From contig NC_068990.1 in NCBI RefSeq assembly GCF_001194135.2, positions 93,426,006-93,490,005 of the forward strand: 64,000 nt of DNA, in the 5' to 3' direction. The notes beneath the pieces are model-generated. The model was not told the DNA's origin and did no database searches. It saw only the letters and a list, made by a program, of their open reading frames with translations. A program made the position numbers and the translations under genes. Shown here in pieces: positions 1 through 12,477 of this stretch. Source of the stretch: Octopus bimaculoides. Taxonomy: Eukaryota. Every line of letters starts with the position of its first letter. The first letter of the stretch is position 1.

Positions 1-368
1 AATTGCACCAACACAAAAAGCTACAAGTGTGTGGGGGATGGAGAGAGAGAGAGAGAAATCTAGAACAAACTATTCAGAAACAGAAGAGAATGCTTTAAAA
101 ACAGGTATATTTTATGAAGAGAGGCATTTTGCTCAAAAGTGGAAGAGACACAGGCAGACAAAAGAGACAGAAGAGGAGCAGATGGGGGTGGGGGTGGGGC
201 AAACAGGTCGATTGTATCTGACAACAAACATTTACACTACTTGAGTATACTCGTTTTTGAACTTGAGGGCATCAAATATAGCAACACGGATGATATGTAA
301 GGACTGGAATACTTATGTTGCTGTTTGGTCAACTTTTCTATCTCTTGCTCTCTCTACACACATATATA

Positions 369-404
<36 letters not shown>

Positions 405-421
405 TATGTATATATATATAT

Positions 422-778
422 NNNNNNNNNNNNNNNNNNNNNNNNNNNNNNNNNNNNNNNNNNNNNNNNNNNNNNNNNNNNNNNNNNNNNNNNNNNNNNN
501 NNNNNNNNNNNNNNNNNNNNNNNNNNNNNNNNNNNNNNNNNNNNNNNNNNNNNNNNNNNNNNNNNNNNNNNNNNNNNNNNNNNNNNNNNNNNNNNNNNNN
601 NNNNNNNNNNNNNNNNNNNNNNNNNNNNNNNNNNNNNNNNNNNNNNNNNNNNNNNNNNNNNNNNNNNNNNNNNNNNNNNNNNNNNNNNNNNNNNNNNNNN
701 NNNNNNNNNNNNNNNNNNNNNNNNNNNNNNNNNNNNNNNNNNNNNNNNNNNNNNNNNNNNNNNNNNNNNNNNNNNNNN
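422..778. other. Assembly gap (N). Others: 1704-1784, 17494-17957, 29554-29563, 31767-32345, 36491-36648, 42601-42808, 50985-51276, 60399-60410
   Basis: Runs of n, mostly flanked by microsatellites; all X-containing ORFs in the track are artefacts of these. Confidence 1.
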
Positions 779-1542
779 TATTTTTTTCTGTATACAAAGC
801 AAGGGAAATCATTCCTAATGATAGGAAGGAATGATAAGATCCATTACAGCTATTAAACATGTAGAATACATTGTAATATTTTGAGGAAGATAAGCTTCTG
901 TGGGTCTATTGGTTATGGAACTAAACTATTATTTTGAGAAAGGTGTGTGTGTGTGTGTGTGTGTGTATTTTATAATGCCTTGCCTTCAGCCCTCAGCTCT
1001 TTGACTGTGTTGTAGGGACACCATCATGAAATAGGATTTTTTAGGGCATTTTTAGGCCAAGTGGAGCCCGTCTCTTTCCAGGTCTGACCAAAGCTGATTT
1101 CTTCCAGAAAAAGCAGAATCAACTCCAATAAAGACTTGAACTTTATTTATTGATTCCAAAAAGGTGAAAGACAAAGTCGACCTCAGTGTAATTTGAACTC
1201 AGAGTGCAAAGCTGGACTCGACTTGGCCATTTGGCTGCCTTAAACTTAAATAATAATACAGGGCATTGTGCCCAATGTGCTGCTAAGATTTCTGAAAATC
1301 CACTGGTTCTACTATTATATCAGCCAGGGGTCATAACTGGTGAAGCTTCAAAAAATTGACTCTGTTATGGTATCAGGTACTCTTTCTTCCAACAGTCGAA
1401 ATTAAACAAGAGTACACACACACACACATGGATAGTTCTTGTTTTCTGAAAGATAGATTTACATCTTGAGTTTACATCTTAACAAGAATTTTCCACAAAA
1501 AAATAAAATTATTAGATACATATATATATATATATATATATA

Positions 1543-1784
1543 GATGTGGCTGTGTGGTAAGAAGCTTACTTCTCAACCACATGGTTTGGGTTCAGTCCCA
1601 CTGCATGGCACCTTGGGCAAGTGTCTTCTGCTATAGCCTTGAGCCAACCAAAAGCTTGTGAGTGGATTTGGTAGGTGGAAACTGAAAGAAGCCCATCGTA
1701 TATNNNNNNNNNNNNNNNNNNNNNNNNNNNNNNNNNNNNNNNNNNNNNNNNNNNNNNNNNNNNNNNNNNNNNNNNNNNNNNNNN

Positions 1785-1828
<44 letters not shown>

Positions 1829-2002
1829 CAATGTTGGTGTATTTATGTCCCTGTAACTTAGCGGTTTGGATAAAGAGACCAATAGAATAAATACTAAACT
1901 TAAAAATAAATCCTGGGATCGATTTGTTGGACAAAAATCCTTCAAGGTGGTGCTCCAGCATGTCCACAGTCAAATGACTGAAACAAGCAAAAGAGTAAAA
2001 GA
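1543..2002 (+). mobile_element. tRNA-derived SINE family 1 (head + CORE-like CCTTGGGCAAGT segment + internal microsatellite + tail)
   Basis: TGGCTGTGTGG A box, GGTTCAGTCCC B box, central (TA)n, tail ending CAGTCAAATGACTGAAACAAG(TAAAAGAG)n. Near full-length homologues elsewhere in the window. Confidence 0.85.
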
Positions 2003-2319
2003 ACGTATTTAAACTGCATGGAACTCGGGGGGAAATGGTTCAAAAATCTATCTGCAAGCAGATCAATAGACCTGTCAGCTGAGCCAAACAGCAAAATATA
2101 TTGGTGAGGCTTGGCAACCCTGACACTCCAGTTGCTGGCACCATCAAACTTGCTGCCATTCTGTCTAAGATAACTCCATTAACCAAATAAGATTAATGAG
2201 ACATCAGAGATGACCTTCTTTTGATGTTTGGGTCTGTGAGAAAATGCCTTCTACTTTACAAGTTCTAGATTAACAAGCAATAATTTGAAACAACTTGCAA
2301 AGATGAGAACTGTCTGTAC

Positions 2320-2353
<34 letters not shown>

Positions 2354-3018
2354 ATGTGTGTGTGTGTGTGCATGTGTGTGTGCTTGTGTGTATGATCTTC
2401 CCAGATGTAAACTGGGTGTATCCCACATATATACACAGGATATGCCCAGCTTAGATCTGGGAAGATCAGATTTCTAACTACTCAATACATACTTGTACAG
2501 AGTGTGTATTTTATTATTAGCAAGAGGCCCCAAGAAGGGCTCATCTGTTTCAGAAATCCCATGGGTCGCTCTATCAACATATGGACCTGTGAAACGGATA
2601 AGCACTCTGTAGGGCCTCACACTAATAATACACACACATACACATTGTATATGCAGCATAATTGTGTCAATGATTAAGTTGCAAAAGCCTGATGAAACCT
2701 TTTTACAAAGCATAGTGAACAGCACTATTAAGAAATAAATGGGAAGAGAATATCTCTGGCTAAAATGACTTCTATAAAATGTAATTTTATATATGTATTA
2801 CACACACACACAAAGGGCAACAGGAATTTGCTATGAAACAGTTTAACGGGTTAAGGGACCATAACTGAATAAGGATTTGATGAGGGGTGGTGGAAATGTT
2901 TGAAGTGAGGCAACAAATGAAACAAATCTGTCATTGGTCAACAATTACAACAAAGGAAATGGTGGTTAGAGTAGAAACTAAAATTAGATTTCATTGATTA
3001 GAATATTGTCTATCAATC

Positions 3019-3059
<41 letters not shown>

Positions 3060-4661
3060 GCATACATACATATACACACACACACACCATTTAAAGAAGT
3101 ACTATTTAGCAGAATTCTGAAATAAGAAATGTCCGTTTTATTAGGGCTCTTATAAAGACGGGGTGATGGTAACTATAGAAGCTAGCCTAGTGTTGATTCA
3201 TTCTCATCACAACCAATACTAATTAAAAGTACAGAGTTTTATATAATGATATATAGAAAATAAATTGTCAATTAATTATTGTTCATATAAATTAAACAAA
3301 TGAGAAACACTTAATTTTGGTATATAACTGAATGAGCCGTAGGCTTCAATCTGAGATACATAGTTTAGATATATATATGGTCATTTTTTGGATTAATTAA
3401 CTTTTTGCCTGTCCAAATCTTTGTCCATGCTTGTTTTCAGACTTTTAGTTTGACCAGGTTTCATATGTTCCGAGTAATGTAAAGCTTCTCTTTCCTAAGT
3501 CTCGATTGACTCTGGTGGTTGACAGAAATTAGGAATGTGTATCATACTATGAATGCATGGACGTGAGGAAAGTATGTCCTGTGAATCACACGGGGCAGGC
3601 AAACGATTGAATAAGCAACAGTCTATGACTGGTACTTATTCTGTCAGCTCTGGAAGGAATGAAAAGCAAAGTGGATCCTGGTTGTATTTTGAACTCTGAT
3701 ATAAGAGGGATTACTGAAGTAAATAGCTCCAATTGACCGGGACCAGAAAGAGGGAGTTGAATCTATTGACAGTGAGAAAGGAGGACTCCTGGAAGGGGCA
3801 GTTTCTTTCATATTAGAATAATTGGTGTAAATTAATCAAAACAGATCTGCTAATGATTTACAATATGAACACATTTATATTATTAGCTCTAGTGAGGATG
3901 TAATAGATGTCAGTCAATAGTTTCTCCTTTTTCTGTAGAATCTACAGCGAATAAATTATTATATTAAGTATTAAAAAAAAAAAACTTAAATTTGAAGAAT
4001 ATCAATGTTTTTTTTTTTTTTATGTGTAAAAAACACATTTCGTTTAAAATATCACTTGTAACATAGTTCTAGTTTTGAAAGGAAAGACATATCGATAGAT
4101 CGAGGAGGAGAGAAAGGCACAGAAAGATAAATTAAACAATAAATGGAATCTCGTACCAGATGCAAACCAAATCTACAAATTTTGACACCGCCACGAAACA
4201 CCCAAAAACTTGCCAAGAAACATTAGCGAAGTTATCTCCCCTAGATCGAGGTGATTTCAATTAGCAACAAACTTTAACATAGTGGCCCCTTTTTAGCAAT
4301 ATAATTTAAAATAAAGGGCAGACCCTGAAGATGTAGCCATGATGGTAGTGGTGGTGGTGGTAGGGGGGGGGCTTATATTGAAGAATAATGACGGCAAACA
4401 AAGGGAACACTTCAACAAAGAAACAAAACTCGATACATCTTGATGTCAACACATTATTTAACAATGGGTTGGAGGGGGGGGGGGATAAAAAAAAAAAACT
4501 CATAATTTCACAAAACTGTTACTGTAGCAGGGGAAGAACCAACAAATAGATGAGAATTACATCAACTTCAAATAAAGAATATCACATGTCCTGCTATATG
4601 ATAATAGTTGATCACTGTGGTAGCTACTATCGTGCATATATCAACCAAGGTCACACATATT

Positions 4662-4667
4662 TTTATT
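4662..4667 (-). terminator. Candidate polyadenylation signal (AATAAA) of the USP12/46 gene
   Basis: First canonical AATAAA I found on the minus strand downstream of the stop at 6213; would give a 3' UTR of about 1.55 kb. No transcript evidence. Confidence 0.3.
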
Positions 4668-5257
4668 GTGGAATCTTAAACAGATTATTAAAAAATTTTG
4701 GTAAAGTTTCTTTTTTAGTTTTTTTGTTTTTTTGGGGGTTTTTTTTTCACAAGACGATGATAAAATTATTCTACATACTGGGTATTACTGCTGCCAATGG
4801 TTTTTCTCGCAAATATTACAAAGAACAGCCCACAAAAGGCAAATAGAAGTTGAGGAAATAATTAGAAAAAAAAAAAAAAAAAAAAGGATTAAAAAAAAAG
4901 AGGGGAGTTACTTGAAATGTTTTCAACCATTAATAGTTAAAAATGACGTTTTTTTAAATAAACGTGCTGAATATTTTACATACGAAAAATTATTATAGTT
5001 ATTATTAAAAGAAAACTTTGAGAGCTAATTCATAAATAGAGTAAATAAATATTCATATAAAAATCTGGTGGCGAGGGGTGGGGGGTCTGATAGAAGACTT
5101 AACACAGATTACAGCTGATTATTGAAAACTTTTATATAAAACTCTCAGCTCAGCAAAAACTGAGAATAAACTGAAGTCATTTTGTGAGACTAACAGTTCA
5201 ACAGAGACATCGACATACTCTTATAACACTGTTAGCTCAAGAATAACTTCTATATTA

Positions 5258-5600
5258 AGACTGACAGGTCTGGATAGACTTTCATATTAGACTAGACACA
5301 TCCAGTTAGACTGATTCTTCTGTAAATAGACTTCTATACAAGACTGACAGTTTTGCATAGTATTCCATATTAGACTGACAGTTCTGGACAGGCTTCCATA
5401 CAAGACTGACAGTTCTAATTGGACTACCATGTTAAACTGACAATTGTGAATAGACTTCCATGCTAGACTGCCAGTTTTGGATGGGTTTCCAAGACAGGCT
5501 GACCATTCAGTAATAGACTTCCACATAACACTGACAGTTCTAGATGGATTTCCATATAAGACTGACAATTCTAGATAGACCTCCATATAAGACTGTTAGC
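5258..5600. repeat. Degenerate 31-bp tandem repeat, about 11 units
   Basis: Unit approximately AGACTGACAGTTCTGGATAGACTTCCATATA, read directly. Confidence 0.9.
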
Positions 5601-6212
5601 TGAGCATAGACTTTAGCATAATCCTCCTTGTAAGACCAACAGTTTGGCAGGTTAGACTAGTAGGTGCTTTGTTATTTTCCACCTTTACCCAGTTTGTAAG
5701 TAGTCACAATGGGCTGAGTCTGAGGTCGTCGTCGTCTTCTCAGCAATAAGCTCAGAAGTAGTTTTCAGCTTTTCACAGGGAGCAAAGGAAGAGGAAAAGA
5801 ACACTTCATAACATCGTTTACCTCTTTCAGATGCTTTGTTTGTTTCTGTTATATAACTAGTATTGTTGTTGCTGTTGTTGTTGTTGTGACTGTGGTCTTT
5901 GGTAATGTTGTTGTTCTGTACAATAACAACAACAACATCTAGATGTAAAAAGAGCTGGGGGGGGGGCAGCAGCAGCAGTAGCTAGTAGAAGATGTGCTGA
6001 AGAAAGAAACAAACCAACCAAACCAGCTTCATTGCTAACAAGAGGTTTCAGGGGGGAAAAAACTGAAAGCCCGGTTGATGCAAAATCTGTATTGCTTCGG
6101 AGTGATCTTGCATTCACCCAAACACTGGTTAGTCCGATAATGGAACTGGTCGTAGAACATGTCTTCTAGAAAGATTTAAAGTCAATTAACAACTGCAGCT
6201 GCTGCACTGTTC

Positions 6213-6314
6213 TCATTCCCATGATTGGTAAAACAAAATGTAACCAGATTCGGAATTCTTTTGGAGATCTGAGGGAAGACCATAAAAATCTTCTATTGCA
6301 CTTGCATCGATTTT
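6213..6314 (-). CDS. USP46: USP12/46 terminal exon 9 ([33 protein letters not shown])
   Basis: Not in the ORF track. TTACAG acceptor in phase 0, 33 codons + TGA; matches the USP12/46 C-terminus KID...IEEFYGL...[12 protein letters not shown]. Confidence 0.97.
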   Translation of the reverse strand, partial: KIDASAIEDFYGLPSDLQKNSESGYILFYQSWE

Positions 6315-7303
6315 CTGTAAAATAAGGAAAACAAATTTAGAATAAAATTCAAGATAAACTCGTAGCAATAAGTGAAACAAAATTAAAGAGCATGGGTGCT
6401 ATTGACTACACTGGTGCCACACTAATGTACTGAGTTCTTTGGAGTAAAGATTATTTGCCAACATAACATGGCAGTCCCGGTTTAGGACAAATGTTGCTGT
6501 AATTTAGCCCCAGGAGACATCATCTCCAGATGGCTGTACGACATGATCTGTGTCCTTATATTTTCGAAAATATAAGGACACAGAAGTCAAGTCTATCAGT
6601 CTGTTCATAGTAAGAGTCTTTTTTTAAATACTGGTTGCTGTTTGATTCTTTTATCTCACAGTTGTTAAGAATGTCTTCTGGCTATGTTATGGTGGTTTCC
6701 ATAATAATTCTTTAATAAATTGTAAAGAAATATCTTTCGCTGAGTTAAGAATTTTGTAATATCTCTGCAGTAATGTACATCATGCTGCCCTGAGATGGTT
6801 CCAGTATCATACAGGTTTTTTTTTTTTTTTATCTATAAGAGGTTTTCAACAAACGAATAACTTGCAGATGTCTGATTACCAAGCTGTACAAGCGGGACCG
6901 GTCAGTGGACTAACAGAACCGTTTAGCAGTTAAACTGACCACATCCTGCCTCTCACAGGCTATGTGACAAGGTCAATCTTGAAGAAATGACACAATGCAT
7001 AACTAACACAAAATAATGTGAATAAATAGGATTACATTTGACTGAGTAATCTGGATGCTAAAGGGTCAATACATACTCTATTTACAGTGGTCAAATTAAC
7101 AACTGGCCTTCTTACTGCAATATCATGTAATCCACATACAGTGGCCAAATTAATAACTGACCTTTACATGGCCTGTAACACATTATTCTATTTGTGCTGT
7201 ATTTACAAAGGTGTTTATATTTTGAAAAGACAAATGACGATGGAACTGGACAAACAAGGGTTAAAATAAAGAACCCCCCCCCCCGAAAACTACCACAACT
7301 TAC

Positions 7304-7447
7304 ATCAACAATATCATCATCAAAAAGTAACCAGAAGCCATGGCTTTTAACAATGCTGATGTAGTGGCCTCTGTTAGGTCCACTTCCACAATGAATCACC
7401 ACTGCTACCAAGTCATACAGTCGGTACGGATTATATGCATCATCAGA
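7304..7447 (-). CDS. USP46: USP12/46 exon 8, His box ([48 protein letters not shown])
   Basis: TTTCAG acceptor, 144 nt, GTAAGT donor; catalytic GHY and FDDD motifs. Confidence 0.98.
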
Positions 7448-8085
7448 CTGAAAAACAACAGAATAAAGAATTAGAATAAAGAATAAAGAATAAAGAATTA
7501 GAAACATTGAAAAAGAAAAGCAACTTTTTAATCGAATTTTAATTGCTTCTAACAAGGTACAAAATCAACTAGATTGTTTTGTTTTTTGGGGTTTTTTTGC
7601 GTTATAGACAATGATTGACAGAAATACAGGAATTGTAGAAATACATTAGACATCATCATCCTTTAACGTCCGTTTTCCATGCTGGCATGGGTTGGATGGT
7701 TTGACCAGAACTGGCAAGCTGGGGTGATGTACAAGACTCCAGTCTGACTTGGCCTGGTTTCTACGGCTGAATGCTGCCCTTCCTAATACCAACCACTATA
7801 CAGTGTGAGCTGAAAATATGTTTACATATTGCCCATCTTGAGGATTTCCATTCACTACAGCAAGGTAGTTGTTGATCCTATGATTGATTTATCTGTCCTT
7901 TTAACAGGAAGTCTTGTTTTAGTCATGCTAGAAACCTTTAATCATTAGTCCAATGATTTGCTGTTAAACATTGAGATGGTAATGCTGGCATTGTGTCAAG
8001 ATATACAATGCCACATTGGCAATAACAAAATTAAATCAAGATTAGCTCACACTTGGATGGTGCTTTTAGCATTAAGAATATATAC

Positions 8086-8151
<66 letters not shown>

Positions 8152-8185
8152 TATGTTTTAAGTGGTGATAAACAGAAGTACTTAC

Positions 8186-8318
8186 GGTATTAAATAAACG
8201 TAGTTCTAAAGGAAATACAACTCGGTAGGAAAGTTTTGTGTAGCGGTTCAACTGCTCCATATATTTGAAACGCTTTAAGTGCAAGGCAAGAATCTGAGGT
8301 AATTTTTTGACTCGCATT
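8186..8318 (-). CDS. USP46: USP12/46 exon 7 ([45 protein letters not shown])
   Basis: TTTCAG acceptor in phase 2, 133 nt, GTAAGT donor; LHLKRF motif. Confidence 0.98.
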
Positions 8319-8904
8319 CTGAAACAAAAGAATTCATGCGAAATTAAACCATTTAAAAAAAATGCTGTTTTAAAAAATGTTACACAAAATTTTTTTAGTC
8401 CTTTATCATTTAAAATGTTCATATCAAATATTCTACCAGTTTCATGTTGAAAGTGGTCAGATTCTGCCTCTCATACCTACCCTACAGTGTCATTTTGGAA
8501 ATATATAATCACATACATTTGAGAGAGTAAAGTGAATGCTAAAGGATTAAAAATCAATTGGAACAAAAACACAATAGAGGGCATTGAAACGTTCGGACAG
8601 ACAGACAATACAAAGGCGGACAAGAGAAACAACAATCAGAAGGACAGGCAAAAAAGGACGGGTCGTTCTTGGTTTTCTTTCCTCAGTCAAGTGCCAGACG
8701 TCACGACCATTTCTGGCAGTTACACTTGAGATGGTTCGATCTGGTTGCCCCCAAAAAAGTCTAAGCTAAGAGCATTAGACCCCTTTGTAAGAAAGCTAGC
8801 GAATGCATATGGCAACAAAGACACAAAAGAAACAAAAAAAAAACGGGGAACATGGTAGAAAGTGTGAGTTTGAGTTGGTTATGATCACTGGAATGACAAC
8901 AAAC

Positions 8905-9065
8905 CTTTTCTGAGCCTCCTGTTTACTACAGCACACCTCACAGTAATATTTGTGTTCAGCACATAACGTCTCTGTGTTACTAAAACCTCGTAAACAATGG
9001 GTTATCGATGTGTTCTGCTCAACATCAACAGATAAATCTAGAAAATCTTCATCTTTACTACTGAC
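8905..9065 (-). CDS. USP46: USP12/46 exon 6 ([53 protein letters not shown])
   Basis: TTTCAG acceptor, 161 nt (53 codons +2), GTTTGT donor in phase 2; second CxxC (CEVC). Confidence 0.97.
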
Positions 9066-10281
9066 CTGAAATACAAGGACATAATAAATCATTTCAAAGT
9101 CATACACACATGTAAATACATATACATACATGCACATATATATAAGAAATGGAAAACAAAACAATAAATTAAACAATTATAAATTCATTTCAATTTAAAT
9201 ATTTTATACAAACACCATTACATATTTAAACAGATTTGATTATTCTTGAAAAAATTTGTTTTATTAATGTATCATTTGTTTGTATAAAATATTTAAATTG
9301 AATTGAATTTATAATTGTTTGATTTATTGTTTTGTTTTGTTTTTTCATTTCTTATTAATATTTATATATTAATAAACTGTATATTTTTATTTACCTATTG
9401 GAATACCATTGTTATTGATATAGGTAATATAAACCAGTAAATTCTTCGGATATTTAACATCCCTTAGGCGAATTTTACACCTAGCTAAATTGTTATATAC
9501 ACACACACACACACACACATATAACAGGCATAATAATGTGAATTGTGTTAAAAGCCTCATTCTGCACAGCTTTAGTTATGAAGATAAAACATCAAAATTT
9601 ATGGCAGAGGGTAAAAGAAGAGCAGATAAATCTCCAAGCAATTACCACAGTGACCAGAGCAAACAACACTTGTCTCCGCAATGCCTTGCTCGTCTCTGCA
9701 CTTACCACAGACTTCACACTGAATCAGTAAATGGGTGTGCTTATGGACTGATTCAACAGCTGGAAATTGATGCAGCTGGTGCAAGGTCACACCACTGGCA
9801 CACTAGATATACAGTTTGCTGTTTATAAAGAGATTCACTGCAAGCTTGGAGGTTGAGTCTTCATATTTAATTCTTTATTGCCCACAAGGGGCTAAGCATA
9901 GAGGGGACAAACAAGGACAGACAAAGATGTTGGATCTAACAAGATGATACAGGATCCAGAAGGGTGGTCATACATACTGCACTTTCATCTAAGCCAGATA
10001 AAAGGGTTCTCCATTTTGGCACAAGGCCAGCAATTTCAAATGGAGAGGATTAGCTGATTACATCAACCCCGGAGTTCTACTGGTCCTTATTTTATTGACC
10101 CCAAAAGGAAGAAGGCAAACTCAACTCCAGCAGAATTTTGAACTCAGAATTGGAAGAAATGCCTGGTGGCATTTCTTCCAATGCTCTACTGATTCTGCTA
10201 GCTAGCTGCATTTGAGCCACACGTAACGAAGTAATGATAATGGTGATGATATTAGCAATTAGAAAATAATTAAAGACTTAC

Positions 10282-10412
10282 TGTTTCACAATTTAAACAT
10301 CTAGTTTCATTGGTTAGCGTTCCTTGGAAAATATCATGAACCCATGTTGATGCAACCTTCGGATGGATATCAACACCTCCAACTGTTGATTTACTTCGGT
10401 TACCCTGTTTCT
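10282..10412 (-). CDS. USP46: USP12/46 exon 5 ([44 protein letters not shown])
   Basis: Not in the ORF track; found by searching for WVH-IFQG. Phase-1 acceptor (tandem AAG/CAG, exon start 10415 or 10412), GTAAGT donor in phase 0; carries the first CxxC of the fingers Zn site. Confidence 0.96.
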
Positions 10413-11294
10413 CTGCTTTAAAACAAAACTCAAACATAATCATCTAACACAAGCAACCAAAGAATTTCAATTATTACACTAATAGTAATGAAATTATTGT
10501 GTCTAGTGCTCAGGTGCACTACAACTCATCAAAGGTGCATGCGCAGTACATAGAATTATGTACAAATGCCAGGAAAGGGAACAGTGTATGAGTCAGGATA
10601 GACATGTGTGCATGCGTATGGAGGGGGAAGGGGATGTCAGGTGTAGGGTTAGTGAATTTCAGGAAGCATGGAGGTTTTTTTTAAGGATGCAATGTTTTGA
10701 CAGCTAACAACTGATACAGGTAGTTTGTGAAAAAATGTTTCCGAAAGTCATGGGAGCTGTGCTGTTTTCTGACTTTATAAGGCATGTCCAGGTATGTTAA
10801 ACACATGGAGCTCAAAAAGGTGCTTAAGGTGGTTGTTGGAACAATGGTTAATAATTTCTGAACATGGCATGAATCAGAAATAATTATTTCCTGAACATAG
10901 CACTGATGTGGGCAAACAATAACAAATAGATATTTCATTTTTATATCAAAAAGTTACATCAAAAGACTGTCGTCAACATGTTGGTAAGCTCCGAGATAAA
11001 CTTACACTAGATCTGTCAATTATTTCCCTTTACATGATTAGAATTCTCTATCAAAGTGTGATCGATTCTATGGAACTTGTGCTTCTATCTATTCCTCCAT
11101 CCAAATATCCACCCACCTATATATAAATACCTGAGTCTACTTATATTAATCTAAATACCTGTTTACCTACCTCTATATCGATCCATCTGCCCATCTGTGC
11201 ACTAAATAAACACATGAGCCTGTCAATACCTGTCCACTTGTCTAGTGATCTATCTACAGTGCAAAGTGGAGAAGGTGTCAGCTGTAGCATTACT

Positions 11295-11690
11295 CATCAT
11301 CATCACCATCATCGTTTAAGGTCCGCTTTCCATGCTGGCATGGGTTGGACGGTTTGATTGAAGACTGGCAAGCCAGGAGGCTGCACCAGGCTCCCATCTG
11401 ATCTGGCAATGTTTCTACGGCTGGATGCCCTTCCTAATGACAACCACTCCAAGTGTGTAGTGAGTGCTTTTTACATGCCACCAGTATGGGGCCAGTCAGG
11501 CAGCACTGGCATCGGCCATGCTCAAATGGTGCTTTTTACGTGCCACCAGCATGGGTGCCAGTCAGGTGGTACTGGCATTGGCCATGACTACAATTTCACT
11601 TGACTCAACAGGTCTTCTGAAGCACAGCATATTGCCTGACGATTGAAAGGTATCTTTAAACAGGCCAGTTATGCGACACTGGCATCGGCA
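11295..11690 (-). mobile_element. RTE-type 3' UTR fragment
   Basis: Reverse complement of about 28250-28625. Further shorter copies at about 7651-7810(-), 17958-18060(-), 24510-24693(+), 27120-27300(-), 30560-30900(-), 42809-42890(+), 46490-46550(-), 47435-47570(+), 51670-51840(+). Confidence 0.8.
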
Positions 11691-12396
11691 CAAAACACAC
11701 TTCTATATTATAAATGCTAGGTTCAGTGATGTGTACAAACGTGGCTTGTCTAATGCATCTATCAATGTAAACAGCCTTTTATATTCAGTGAGTCTTGTGA
11801 TATCGGGTAACGGTGAATGCTGTAATATTTTGATGTCTTGGACTCTTGTACAGTCCCAGATATGATCTTCATTGTACAGAGTTTAAATTATGGAATTGCG
11901 TTCATTTTTCAATAAAGAAATGATTTTAATTAAAGCTAGGTCAGGGATCATATCACAGGATGATGAAACCTGTTACAAGCAGCAGTTCCATAGTTGAGTA
12001 GTTGGTAACTAAGCTAGCTCCCCCACTTGAGTAGCCTGCTACTCTTGCGAGGAGTATGTCTGGATGCCCTGTTGAAGGGTAGAGGTGCTCTTCGTGGGCC
12101 AATGGCCATCCAGTTCGGGAAGCCAATGGCAAACCGTCCCAATATCTCTACCAAGAAAACACAATGAGAAAATCAGAACCAAGTATTGCCATGACTTCAT
12201 CCAATGGGAGAACTCCCACTTAATCAGGCAGACTTTTGTTGTTGATCATTGATGTGCAGCAAAAGTGCACGAGACAATGATGACAAATATTTCGATGCAG
12301 TTGTGCCTATGTATGAAACAATAAAGTTCACCACCACTGCCACCATGGCATAAAACTTTGATAGAAGAGATAGTGTGAGAGAATGAGATGTCTTAC

Positions 12397-12477
12397 CTTG
12401 CAACAAATCAGCCACAGTGTTTAGGAGATAGTTCAGAAATTCGTGTGCATCTTGCTGCATATAGTTATCAAACAACT
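12397..12477 (-). CDS. USP46: USP12/46 exon 4 ([27 protein letters not shown])
   Basis: TTTCAG acceptor in phase 1, 81 nt, GTAAGA donor in phase 1; [11 protein letters not shown] motif. Confidence 0.98.

Noticed and set aside
257-860. Long ORFs containing X runs or (HT)n/(YI)n/(CV)n tracts here and throughout the track
   Set aside because: Artefacts of N-gaps and dinucleotide microsatellites.
5287-5586. 99-aa ORF downstream of USP
   Set aside because: A by-product of the 31-bp tandem repeat; no splice or homology support.
5857-6117. ORF with poly-Ala/poly-Gln in the USP 3' region
   Set aside because: Produced by (GCA)n/(GTT)n microsatellites downstream of the true stop at 6213.
9599-9790. 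Cys-rich ORF (QCEVCGKC...) as a USP exon or zinc finger
   Set aside because: The USP reading frame is complete without it; no second C2H2 half; no phase-compatible splice sites established.
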